NCBI RefSeq assembly: GCF_018350175.1
Contig: NC_058369.1
Span: 22,756,001-22,820,000 of the forward strand
Reading direction: 5' to 3'
DNA: 64,000 nucleotides
From: Felis catus
Lineage: Eukaryota
The notes below the pieces were generated by a model. The model was not told where the DNA came from. It made no database searches and saw nothing but the letters and a program-made list of their open reading frames with translations. Below are positions 1 to 12,358 of the stretch, piece by piece; position 1 is the first letter of the stretch; each line of letters opens with the position of its first letter. The position numbers and the translations under genes were made by a program.

Positions 1-630
1 TACATTAGGGCACCTCTTACTGACTTGGATAGATGTTTCGGCGTTGACACTCTGCTTCCTCCCTCTTTGGTGTCCACTTGGGTTATAATCCCCTGAGAAC
101 AGGCCTGGTACCTTTCTCTTCCATACCTGATAAAACAGTAAGCTCCACATGGCAGGAATTGAATCTGCTCTGAATGAATGAATAGCCCTCTGCCTCTTTT
201 CTACTCCCCCAGCTTTCAGGATTTATCGTTGAGATGTGACTGCGTGAAGGCCAGTAAAGGTTAGGGGCCCCATCGACTGACCCTTGCCTGCCTGGGGGTC
301 TGCTACCCAGGCCACCTCAGCCTTAGAACTTGTTTAAGGTTCGTATACCTCCTGGTTACATCGTGAACACCAAGCTAACAGGACTCTTGGCCAACCTTTT
401 GCTGTTTGATATCTCTGGCTTAGATCACACACGCACAAAATCACTTTATTTCTAATCTCTAGTGTTAAACCTTGCCATGATCATATCATGTACTAAACAG
501 TGCCCAAATTGAAACAGACATAAATATATGTTGCTTCTAGGCCTTTATAACAGGGTTGCAGAGTAATTACAAGCATGCAAGAATCACTGTGTACTTCTAT
601 TAGTCTCTTTCACCAATTTATTTTTGTCAG

Positions 631-632
<2 letters not shown>

Positions 633-672
<40 letters not shown>

Positions 673-673
673 C
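633..673. repeat. (TG)15(CG)4 microsatellite, alternating purine-pyrimidine
   Basis: Read directly from the sequence. Confidence 0.97.
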
Positions 674-2146
674 CCGTGCTATTTGGGGCAATGGAGTTGG
701 TTCATTCAGATTTGTGTTACATAGAAGGAGATCTCTGTTTGTGCTATGATTCCAAGTCCCTCAAATCATCGCCAGGCTGTGCAGTTACTGTAAAATGTAA
801 TGTCATTGGGAAAGTGGGGCTTGTATTAACTGAAGTTGGCTTTTGGATTTCAGTGTATTTCTGGTAATGGATTCCATGGTTTTTTTTTCCCCTAATGTTT
901 TTTTTTATATATATAACATCCATTATTCTATTTCCTGGTACCTTATTTCTGGTTTTCTGCTGGAATCTGCCCTTTCCTGACCCCCATCCCACAGGGTTTG
1001 AGGGGCAGGTGTGGGCACGAGGCTAAGGCTTGTGCAGTCGATAGGTTGCCACAGTCCTTACCGTGGTGCGTGGGGTCCAAGCTGCTCTGGCCTCGTCACC
1101 TTCCTGATCTTACTTCTTGCCGTTTTCTCCTTTCCTCACTGTGGGTCATCTCCTCCCTCTGAGCCTTTGTGCCTGCAGCCCCCTTGCCCAGAGCCTTCTT
1201 CCCCCGGAGAGCCAGCCAGCTTGCCCTGCACTTCATTTCGGTCTCTGTTCAAATGTCAATTCCTAGAGGCACTTTTCCTGTTCATTCTCACTAAAAGCAC
1301 CTCTGGCTAATACTGTGTTGTGTAAGCACCTTTGAGTCAGGCTCTGTTCCTTCCTACTGAAGAGGTCCAGGTGATGATGCCGCCTTCTTTCAGGCTCCTT
1401 CAGTGTGTGTTCTCACTGTCCTCCAAGATTCCCAGCGCTTGGACCCCGGCAGCGTGTGCTCTCACTGTTCTCCAGGACTCCCAGAGCTCGGACTCTGGCA
1501 ATGGTAGATCCCACATCCCCACGGTGGAGCCCCGGGTAGATCCCTGACCTTCTGGTGCCTGAGTCAGAGCAGCGGTGTCTGTTCACCCCCAGTGAGGTAA
1601 GTCAGTGGAGATTAGTTGGAGGTTGTGTGGAGAGAGGAGGAGACTCAGAGGTGTGGTATAGACACAAAATCAGTCCCGGTGCCCAGCGTCTCCTCTGACC
1701 TGAAGGGACCATGAAGGTTGGTTCATCCTGTCATCTGGTACACATGCATGGGATGACAGCACATAGCGGAAGCTGGGAAAGGAGCTCACCGTTATTGCCA
1801 CTAGCACCCCCTTCTCCAAGAGCTCAAAGCCCTGAGGGGCTGAAGGTGCTGGGGCATCTCCAGCAATATGTAACCACTAGGTACTGAGAACGTCTTTTCA
1901 TTTATCCACCTGCTGATTCTTACAACAGATTCAAAATCTCTTTGTTGTCTTAGTTCCTGGTGTGGCACTTGTAGAGTGTACATAATTAACTGCACTTCCC
2001 CTGCCTTCCAAGCTACAGTGAGGTCTTTTTTGTTCTGTTCTTTTTTTCTGTGTGTGTGTTTTGTTTTGTTTTTTCTTTTTGTAGTCTAAGTACATAGCAT
2101 AGTGCCTAAGTCAATAATAGTACTCAATAATTGTCAAATTAATAGA

Positions 2147-2360
2147 ATAAGAAATAACATTTATTGAGTGTTTACAGTGCCCTTTGTTCTAGTCCCATTA
2201 CATGTATAAACTTATTTAATGTTTGCAGCAGTATTAAGGGGTCAGGGAGTACTATTTCCCTGTCTTATAGATGAGGAAACTGCTCACTGAGGCGTTGTTA
2301 AGTTACTTGACAAAGATCACACAGCCGGCACGTGGATGAGCTCAGACGTGAGCCCATCAA
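2147..2360 (-). mobile_element. MIR SINE relic
   Basis: aacatttattgagtgtttac...ttatagatgaggaaactg...gttaagttacttgacaaagatcacacagcc (MIR core, reversed). Confidence 0.75.
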
Positions 2361-3734
2361 TATCTAAATAATGTTTATTTTAATAATGTGCAGAAATAAT
2401 ATATAATAATAATATGGTAGTCATATAATGTTACTTTGTCATCTAAACATACATGAGAATGCTTATGACAGAGTATCATAGGCTGCTTATCCACTGAACA
2501 TTTATGGAACCGTGCTTATGTGTAAATAGTAGGCTTTAGAGAGATTTAAAATGAGTAAGTCAGTTTTAGGATCTTTGGAAGCTTGCAGTCTCGAGTTAGT
2601 GATAGGAAGGTATGCACAAAGCTATCTTGTGAGGTGATGGGACTGTTATGATAAAGACGGAACACTGTGTTGAAATACACAGGAGATGGTGATTGGTGCT
2701 GGTGTGTGCACCAGGAGAGGGCTCTGAGAAGAGGTGTGGGTGGGCTGGCTGGGAGCATCCTGGGTGGTGGAAATGGCGGGAGTGGGGCGGAGGCAGGGAG
2801 GAGGAACCATGGTCAGTGATTTAGAAGCAGGATGTCTTCCTGTGTGAAGCTGAGGCTTCAGAACTTGGAGCCTTGTGTTTTCTGCAGGACCAGAGATTAG
2901 ATGACAAATCAGTGCTAAGAGCTGCATTGAACAAATGACTGACCAGTTTATACTTTAAAAACACTCTTGGGTCCCAGGAGGTGAAACTGACATCAGTAGA
3001 GTGTCTGGGGTGGCCCAGCCGGACTGGTTTGAAGTTGACAGGGTGGCTGATTGGCTGCTGGTGAAGGTGGAGAGGTGCCCACAGAAGCCTGATCTGGCTG
3101 GAGCTGCCTGGAAGGGGAGGCACCACACCCAGGCTCTCTGGTTGTCTGGGGCTTGGCAGAGAGCCTGCTCCAGCCAGAGGAGAATGGGGGGTCGGGGGTG
3201 GCGCTTCCCGTGTGGCTGCCCGTGGACAGACACTGCCACACATCAGAACAACTTATTATCCCTGATGTTTGGGTGGTGGTTCTTGCGTAGTGAGTCCTTG
3301 AAACAGATTTATTGCATTAAAGAAGTTTTTAAACATTTGTTTTCTTCTTGGGAAAATGTAGTTAAGTGAATTTAAGACTCACCTGAGAAGCTCGTTGACT
3401 ACAGATCCATGGGCCCCACGCACAGGATTGGCTCTGTAAGCTGGGAGGAGTACTGGGAGGGTGGGCTTTGAATACCATCCTCACTGCCAGCCCCGATGCC
3501 AACCCCCTGGCACGTTCCAGCCTGGAGGTCTTGGGCTCTCATTTCAGGAAGACTTGAGCCAAATCAGTAATTTCTGAAGGAAGATTTACAAAATGCTCCT
3601 CTGTGGTGCAGGAAGAAAATGTTAGAATGTCTCTTCTAAAATACGTATTTTTGTATATCTTTTATAATGCACTTAGTAGACTAATAGTACATTAAGATGA
3701 TGTACACAATAGTAATATTTATATAATGTGTATA

Positions 3735-4162
3735 TTTTTTTTCTTTTTTTAAAAAATACAATTTATTGGGGCACCTGGGTGGCTCAGTCGGTTGGGCGAC
3801 CGACTTCGGCTCAGGTCATGATCTCACAGTCCGGGAGTTCGAGCCCCGCATCGGGCTCTGTGCTGACAGCTCAGAGCCTGGAGCCTGTTTCAGATTCTGT
3901 GTCTCCCTCTCTCTCTGACCCTCCCCCATTCATGCTCTGTCTCTCTCTGTCTCAAAAATAAATAAATGTTTTAAAAAAATAAAAAATATATAATTTATTG
4001 TCAAATTGGTTTCCATACAACACCCAGTGCTCATCCCAACAGGTGCCCTCCTCAATGCCCATCACCCCCTTCCCCTCCCTCCCACCCCACATCAGCCCTC
4101 CGTTTGTTCTCAGTATTTAAGAGACTCTTATGGTTTGCCTCCTTCCCTATCTGTAACTTTTT
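3735..4162 (-). mobile_element. 5'-truncated feline L1 3' end with 11-bp TSD, interrupted by a SINE
   Basis: aatttattgtcaaattggtttccatacaacacccagtgctcatccc... (carnivore/feline L1 3'UTR, reversed); TSD taatgtgtata at 3724-3734 and 4163-4173. Confidence 0.85.
3768..3980 (+). mobile_element. CAN-SINE (SINEC_Fc-like), full length
   Basis: ggggcacctgggtggctcagtcggtt head, gagttcgagccc B box, CT tract, aaaataaataaa tail; imperfect TSD aaaaaata(c/tat)aatttatt. Confidence 0.95.
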
Positions 4163-5397
4163 TAATGTGTATAATATAAATGTACCTGTTAGCAGGCATA
4201 TGCTCACTTTTTTTTTTAGCTGAGACGAAATGCATTTTTAAAAATTCAGACAGTTTGAAGGAAGGTTTTAGGATTTGTTTTGCTGAAACAGACCAGGCAT
4301 ACTGTGTCAGAGATAATTAGAAGAAGTAGTAATAAAGTATTACATTTCACTTACAATCAGTGAATAATAACAAGTAAGGCGTGCTGCTACCTTATGCTGG
4401 CCAGGCCTCTCTCTTGCCTGTGTGTTTCCAGGAGTTCGCAGTTACAGCGGGGAGTGCTTTCTTACCTGATAGCCAGACCCCTTCTTAGCTTATGAATTCC
4501 TCCAGGGCAGAGCTGGTGTGTCTTTTTTTCTAGTCTGTGTCTTTGCCCCTACCACAGTGCCTGGCTTCCTGAATGGTGGTGACTGAATGTGGGAGGGAAG
4601 GAGGGAGGGATGGAGGGGGGAAGTGGGGAAGGAGTGGGGGAAGGTTAGGAAGGCCCCTATTCATTGTACTCAGCATGCTGGGAACCATAACAAAAGCAAA
4701 TTGGTAATAATAAATCATTTATCCCTCTTTTCTGCCCAGTATGCCATCTGACCAGAAGGCATCTATTCCTTAGAGAATGTCTCTTTGACTGGATACATAG
4801 GCTCATAGGACCTGGTTTGGGTCCCACTTGGCTGCTTATTATCTCTATGGCCTTTATATAAGTTCCCCCTCCTTTGGTGGCGGGGGGGGGGGGGGGTTGG
4901 GTCTCAGTTTCCCCAAATAAGTGAAAAATGGGAGCTGTATTGACCCAAACTTCAGCTCTTCCAATTTTGCCTTCATGATGTTTTGCCTTATTTGAGTCAC
5001 ACCTGTAGAAATGTTTAACAGGATGTTTTCCTTCGCCTTGATTTCCTTTTTCCTTAAATTTATTTAAAAAGTAGCTTTTAAATCACTACTGTTGAAAGAA
5101 AACCAGCTGGCCATACAAAAAGGTAGTTGAAGAGGTAGAGTGAAACCCAAACAGCCTTGCTCGGCTCTTCACCGGGGCCTGCAGGGCTTTGAGCCCGAGG
5201 CCTGTGGTGAGAGGAGACACAAGTGTGGATCAGAAAGGCATTTGGGGCCCAGAACACCCTGCAGAGACTTTCCTTCTCCTTGTCTCAGTCATGAGGCTTG
5301 CAGGAGAACTAGAAAAGAAATACCTTTCTTCCTGGGAAGTTCAGTGTGCTTAGTAGGGTGACCAGTGACTACCCACTGTCACTCCCCATAGTGTCTT

Positions 5398-5624
5398 TTT
5401 TTTTTTTAATTTTTTTTATTTGACGTTTATTTATTTTTGAGACAGAGAGAGACAGAGCATGAACGGGGGAGGGTCAGAGAGAGAGGGAGACACAGAATCT
5501 GAAACAGGCTCCAGGCTCCAAGCTGTCAGCACAGAGCCCGATGCAGGGCTCGAACTCCCGGACTGTGAGATCATGACCTGAGCCGAAGTCGGTCGCCCAA
5601 CCGACTGAGCCACCCAGACGCCCC
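5398..5624 (-). mobile_element. CAN-SINE, full length
   Basis: T tail, GA tract, ...gactgagccacccagacgcccc. Confidence 0.95.
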
Positions 5625-5731
5625 TTTTTTTTTTTAAATTTTTTTTTTTATTTGACGTTTATTTATTTTTGAGACATAGAGCATGAATGGGGGAGGGTCA
5701 GAGAGAGAGGGAGACACAGAATCTGAAACAG
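5625..5731 (-). mobile_element. 5'-truncated CAN-SINE in tandem with the previous copy; shared TSD atagtgtctt
   Basis: Second T tail + gagacatagagcatgaatgggggagggtcag...tctgaaacag; TSD at 5388-5397 and 5732-5741. Confidence 0.9.
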
Positions 5732-6549
5732 ATAGTGTCTTAAACCTTATGCATCCCCACTGGCCTCTACCTTTGGCCGTGGAGGATTCCAGGTTAGTTA
5801 CTGGGTCTCTCTTGTTACCATGATTAATCTATTTATCTGGCAAAACTGCAAGTGCCGTGTTTGAATCATAGTTTCCTGGGAAACCAGGTGTCTCTTATAG
5901 CTGTTTTCACTTTAAATAAACATAGGGGCTGGGAAGACCCCACTTGCATCGTGAATCTGTCCACCCATGCCAGTAGTTACAGAGCGCTGGCCCATATCTA
6001 TGGGCTGGGCTTACTTCCTGCCTTCAACCCCTGCTAGGTGCTGGGAGTAAGCAAGAGGGTTTAAAAAAAAAAGGTTCCTGTCCTTGAGGAGGGGGAAGCC
6101 AAATCCTGGCTCCAGAGGTTTGATGACCCTGCTTTGAAGCTGGGGTATTGGTTGTTCAGGCCCGATTTATAGTGACCTCTTTGTAAGTGTCACTTCCTGA
6201 GATGACCGTGCAATGCGTGGCAGTGTAGAGAGATGGTGAAGACCCAGAAGGCTCCTCCTGGGTGACACGTACCTCCACTGTCTGGTCCAGCTCAACAGCA
6301 GGGGCGGCAGCTGTCTGAAGAGATCCTTTAGGGCTGTCACACTGACCTGCATCAGGGAACCTGGCGTGGGATCTGTTTCTCCTTTAGAATACTCAATAGC
6401 CCTTGCCAGAGTTTTCTGTTTTCTGTTCATAATCTTTAATGTTAATTGTACTGGGGATCTCTGTGAATTTGTTGACATAGCATAATTGTTACCTGTTATT
6501 CTTCTCATGCATCTTTTTAAAATTGACGAACAAACAATAATAATAAATA

Positions 6550-6760
6550 GAAAAGCCGTTTTAGGTTTACAGAAAAGTTGAGCAGAAAGCACAGAGTGTT
6601 CCCATATACCTCTTTTCTCCCCCTGCCCCATACCATTTCGCACTGTTTCTCCTATTATTAACATCTTGTGTTATTGTGGTACATTTATTAAAATTGGCAA
6701 ATGAATATGGTTACATTGTTATTAACTAAAGTCAGTCGTTTATGTTAGGGTTCACCTTGA
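6550..6760 (-). mobile_element. Old L1 (L1MC-like) 3' end fragment
   Basis: gttttaggtttacagaaaagttgagcagaaagcacagagtgttcccatatacc...attaactaaagtc...tagggttcac. Confidence 0.75.
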
Positions 6761-6768
6761 GTTATAAA

Positions 6769-7012
6769 GTATCATAGTCAGTTCAGGGTGCTATAACAAA
6801 GTAGCGTAGAGTAGGAGGCTTATGAACAGCAGAAATTTATTCTTCGTAGCTCTGAAGGCAGGATGTCCCAAATGAGGGTGCGAGCATGGTCGGGTTCTAG
6901 TGAGGACTCTCTTCTGGGTTGTATACTGCAGACTTTTTGCTGAATCTTCATGTGGTGGACGGAGAGCAAGCTGGCTCTCTGGCCTCTTCTTATAAAGGCA
7001 CTAAATCCCATT
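6769..7012 (-). mobile_element. MaLR LTR fragment (MLT1A-like)
   Basis: gctataacaaag...cagaaatttattc...gctctgaaggcagg...cttataaaggcactaaatcccat. Confidence 0.8.
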
Positions 7013-9757
7013 AGTTGTTACACCCACTCACACTTAGGAATAAGGAAGAAGAGGCTGGGAGGCCAGTAGCTGATCCCATAAATGGCAGAGTTGGGATTAA
7101 ATCTCTGTTTGCCCAATTCCAAAGCTCCCACTTTCATGAGTGCACTTTCCTGCTGGCGTGGGAACTTGAGGAAGAGGCCATTTAGATGCTGTATTAGGAT
7201 TGTGATACCTACTCCTTCATTGGAGACCAACTGAGATGGAGATCTTTGTTTTGCTTTAGTAATAGGTCCTTTAGATGATGATGTAAGATGATCCTTGTCT
7301 TTCTCCTGCTTGTTTTTCTATCAGATTTGATATATGCCTTATAATAAACATTCTTAATACAGAACCTGCTCATTTCTATATTAAACATCAGAAGGTTGTG
7401 GGCACACAGAGGAAAGAATGAGATTATGCTAGGTCAGGATCTGAAATAACTTGTTTTGGCTGAATTTTGTTTTTTTAAATCTCTGCTCCTTCTTCATAAA
7501 AGCTCTTTTTGGGGTCTGTTTGTCAGGTGATCCTATGGATCTGGTAAAATGACTCCAGGCTCCCCTCTGCCCATCCCAGGTAGAACTGGGAGGTGCTCCT
7601 TGCCTGGGGTCCACTACGCATGCACAGATAGCCTCAGGGCCCTTGCGTGTGCTGACTGGTCTGTGGGCCCACCTTCCTATCCCAGACTGCGGCCCCTAGA
7701 AGACAGGAGCCTCTCATGACAACTGGTACCCTGTCGGGACTTGTAAATGTTTATTTAATGAATGTAATTAATTATGTAACGTCTTATGCATTTCAAAGCA
7801 GGCCCACGTACAGAAAATCACAGCTTACATGTATTTGACTGAATGTAAAGAAGTTAGTGTCTCTTGAAAGAAAATTCCTGGGCTGTTCTGCTCTTGGGTT
7901 TGTTGGAGTGTTGAGCTGATTGCAGCACATGGCTTGACCAAGAACACCCAGTGTGTCAGCCACAGGGATTAAGCTGCATCTTGACTATAATCCAGCTCTA
8001 TGGTCTATAAACCATAGACCCCTTTGCTGCCTTGTGAATGGGTTCAGCATAACCAGCTATTGTTCCTTTTGAAGCGCGGCCCTCGTTCTCAGCCTGAGCA
8101 AATATTGATGCATTTTGATGGGGTTCTTTTTTATTTCATTGGCTGGCACTGCTGCTGAAAGCACTGTGACCCATCATTCACTGAAACGTTTTCACTGCAA
8201 GATAAAATATGTTTTAATTGAGAAAATCTCCACGTGCAAGTCAAAATGGATAATTTTCTGGTAATTTTATTGCTAATCCTCTGATATCTGCAATATTATG
8301 TCTCCGTTAGAAAATGTTCCATACAGTGAACTCACAGAGACATCTACTTCCGTTAGAATGGAAATTCAGAGCACATTCTCAGGAGTCTCTTGTTCTCTGA
8401 AGAAACACTGCTGTTTCTTTACCCATTACTCAACTTTTTCCTCATCCTGTGGATTATTGCGCATGGCATGAAAATTACTTGCTCATCTTTCTTTTCTGTT
8501 AAGATAGAGAGGTTCTCCCCTCAGAAACACACCTAATTGTGACTGCGGTTTTCTCGATTAGCGTCCTGCAGCCCGAATACGAGGCTCCAGGCTCTGTCCC
8601 AGGGAGGGAGGGGCAGAGTGGGTCTCGGGGTGTTTGTGGTGGGGGCCGGGAAAGGAAGGCATTTCAGAGAGTGGGGTGCTGAGTTTCCGAGCTGTTCTCA
8701 CCGTCAAAGCTCTCACCTCCACAACCACACTGCAGGACTCAAGGAGAGAGACTCAGGAGGATGGCATGACGTGAAGTGGGGCGTGCCCACACACCCTGAG
8801 CACACCGAGCCTGTGCATGGAGTCTGTCCCGGCCTGGCTTTCTGCAGCCATTCGTTCTGAACATTGCACTTTCTCATTAGGAATCTCTCATTAGGAGACA
8901 TTCCTAAGAGGCAGCTCCTTTGAGGAATTTTGAAGCAAAGACTTCACGGAGCCCATCAGCAGTACCAGCCCCATCTGCCACTCCTCCTCGCCACAGCCCT
9001 TAATGGCTCCCCTGACTCCATGCCAAGCTGTTTCCTCCTTATCTTTCCAGAGCATTGCTGTGTTTATCTTTATTTCACTATGCTCCTGTAATTTTTGTCT
9101 GTCTAACTTTTCATTATTCGCTTCCTTATCTTTAAAATCACCAATAAGCTTCCTTTTTTCTTTTTAATTAGCTTTAAGCCTCTTTTGTCCACAAAGCTGC
9201 TTGAAACATCACACGACCCCAGGCAGGGCATCCACCCACCAAGTACAGCCCATAGCGTGGCTTTGTTAGGGGACGGTCCGCCCTGTTTCAGCATCTCTTC
9301 TTTGTTAGGACGAATGTCCTGGTCTGTCCAATCATGACTTCTTTAAATCCTAACCTCAGTTTCCAACCTCCTTTCTGTGTCTGAGCATCATCCAGAACCT
9401 TCTGTTCTTTACCCCATTGTTCAGAGCAGTTGCTTGCCTTCTGTGATGTGTCTGTAAATGCGGGCTGCCAGGATGTAAATTCTTTTTAACGCATTCCTTG
9501 GACAGAGAGCCCTTTGGTTCATACGTTGCCTGTGCAGCTGTCTTACGTTTTGTCTATTGGTGCATCTTTTGACATTTAACAACCAGAGTAGCTGAATTCA
9601 GTTATGCCTCCAGCTCTGGCTTCTTGGTAGGGTAGACTGGGCTTCTCACTGGGCAGTGCTTCCTTCCCCCTTCCCTTTAGAATCTGTCTCTGCACGGCTT
9701 GTATTGGGAGGGGTAGAGAGAATGACCTTTCAAGGGGAAATGGACTGCCTTCCTCCC

Positions 9758-9787
9758 GTTGTCGTTGTCGTCGTTGTTGTTGTTGTT
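9758..9787. repeat. (GTY)n trinucleotide repeat
   Basis: gttgtcgttgtcgtcgttgttgttgttgtt. Confidence 0.9.
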
Positions 9788-11295
9788 TTAAGATGTTCAA
9801 TACCCGCACTCTTGCTAGAAACTTCAAATGGGTTTCTAGACGCACAGTTTAACTCCAGTTGTCATTTTATGTATTTAAATGGACATTTCAGGTAGGTGTA
9901 GTATTTTCCTGATTGAGGTAACCCCTTTTTTATTTATTTTTAATTAATGCGCTCTTTATTAAGCATCTGTTACACTCCAGGTGTTGTGCCAGACAGGCCC
10001 TGAGGTGGAGAAGTGAGCAAGATGGACATGGCCTTTCTCTCACTGAGTTTAAGGTCTGGGTGTTGGCAGGGTCAGTGACTTCATTAGGGTCAGTGCACGG
10101 AGGCTCTGTCCCAAAGGTGTGGAGTATATAGTAGATTCTTCTAAAATAATTCACAGTTTCGCATTTTCTGCATGCTTTACTGGAGCGCGGTCAGAAGCAT
10201 CTAGAAGTTTCCGGATGATCGGCTCAACACTTCAGTTATCAAGCGAGCCACATTGTGCCCTCTTGCTCACGTCCCAGCTGAACACTGTGCAGGAGAGAGC
10301 TCTCCAGATACGTGAAGCATCAAGCCTTGTAAAATACTGGGAGTTTTGTGGGACCTGTGTTTTGAATGTGTTCCCTACCTGTCTGCCTACCTGAATGGTA
10401 TCATCATTTAATGCTTCCTTTGCGGTCTCATCAGTCACGTTTAATGTTTGTTAATTGTGACACAGTTCCAGGGCTTGTTTACGTGTTTGCTTTTGGGTCA
10501 AATGTTCCCAGGCTGCTATGGGTTTTGGGTTTTTGAGTTTAATTTTTAAACGTCTTCTGTCTCCTTTTCTTCTTGTCTGATAGCCAATGATGGCTTATTG
10601 CTGATTTTCTATTTTGCTCAGTGCCATTTTCTATTTTGCTGGAATGGTGTTTAAGCTAAGAGTCCAAAAACCTTCATATGTTCATGTCCCCTGCTTTGGA
10701 CAGCTCTTTAGTCCTGAGCTTCGTCTCCGTGTTTGAGCATTCTAGGTATTCAAGGGTTGTTGGGATGTAATATCTTTAAAGAGTGATTCATTTCAACAGT
10801 TCATGTGATTCCACCTTATGGGGAGAAGCTCTTTCAACACGCCAATTGGCAGCCTCCTTTTTAGACTCACTGTCCTCACCAAGCACATTGCTTTTAGTGG
10901 AGACTGTTCTTGGGAAGGGAGCACTGGTCTCCCTGCCTACTGCCCCGTATTCAAGGCTCTTTTCCCGCTACCAGGTGACTTTTCTAAAGTGCCTCCCAGT
11001 TATATCAAGCCTGCCTCAGCTCCCTCTTGGCGTCCCACAGAGTGTTCCCAAGCTACTCATCTGATTCACCTTAACTCATATTGAACCCCTCCTTTTCTAG
11101 AGTCTGACTCTGCCTTTGCTGAACTTTCAGAGCCTGCAGCTAAGTCTCCTTCCTCGAAGTTCTTGTGGCTTTTGGTGCTTTGGGGTTGATGACCTGTACT
11201 GCACTGATACATGGGTACATATGCTGGTCTTATGTCCCCAGTGGATGATGGGCCCTATATGAGCCAGGCCATTCTTCTAATCCCCTTGCAGTTGG

Positions 11296-11500
11296 CATAA
11301 TGGAAGGTCATACAGCACGGGCGTCAGAACACAGCAGGTGTACCCGACTTATAGTTTTGGCTCTGCCTCTTTGCCCCCGCACGCAGGCTACTTAAAATTT
11401 CCATGAACCGCTGTTGAGCCATTTACAAAATGGAAGTGACAGTAGCACCTACCTCATAGAACCACTGTAAAGATGGAGTCCCAGGGTTCCATACAATTAA
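11296..11500 (+). mobile_element. MIR relic
   Basis: ttttggctctgcc...catttacaaaatggaagtgacagtagcacctacctcatagaaccactgtaaagat. Confidence 0.55.
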
Positions 11501-12224
11501 AGATAGCGGTGTGGTGTTGGTGGTTGTGTTATTGTTACTACTCCTAGTAGTACTGTTACTCCTATTCATACAAGATATTCAATAAATACTTGTTCAGGTG
11601 ACTTGAAATTGAACAAATGGATCTGTACCAATCAGAGACATAAACCTGGGGAAAGTTGATTATAACTCATGGGGGCACCAACACACAATCCATGTGTAGA
11701 AAGGTCACAAACAAAAATCAGCAATTACTAAGGTTTTTAAAGGTCATTCCTAACCCAAATCAGGCATCTCCTGGTCCCTGGGGCAACAGGGGAGCCCATC
11801 CCAGATGGCACACAGCTCCAGCAATTTGAGGTTATTCTGAATATGTCAATTTCAAATATGAGTGTGTAGAAAGGCAGTGGTACTCTATTCTGAGGACATA
11901 TTCATAAATGTTAGAAATAGTCACTTCCAGAACTTTGGGGCATACAGCTGTGGTTGTAAATCCTGAAAAATTCTGGCCAATAAATCTGGCAGTTTTCTGG
12001 TCTCATTTAAGTCATGTGGCTAACTTACTGATATAGCTGCTTCCTCAGAGTCAGAGACAGCAGGACAATTAGGGCAGCAGAATTTCTGGGTAGCTCTTGA
12101 AAGAAACGCAGATATTGGAATTTGAAATTATTGGGAAACACAGCCATCCCCTCATGATCCACGACCAGTAGCTAAGTGCAGAGTGTCAGAGCCGGACTGA
12201 TGCTGACGTGAATCGCACTTCTGC

Positions 12225-12358
12225 CCCATACCCGCCCTGTAGCCCTGGTTCAGCAGGTATGGGTGTGGGGAGGTCTAGGAATGGTATTTTTGTAAAGCCA
12301 ACACGCTACTCCTGCTTCCCAGGTGGTTTTGATTATCAGCTGAGACTGGGAACCACAG
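12225..12358. mobile_element. MER5-like hAT-Charlie relic
   Basis: ggttcagcaggtatgggtgtggggaggtctaggaatggtattttt...cccaggtggttttgat...ctgggaaccacag. Confidence 0.5.

Noticed and set aside
3768..3850. tRNA-like A/B boxes here and at other SINE heads
   Set aside because: tRNA-derived SINE heads followed by CT tract and A tail, not tRNA genes.
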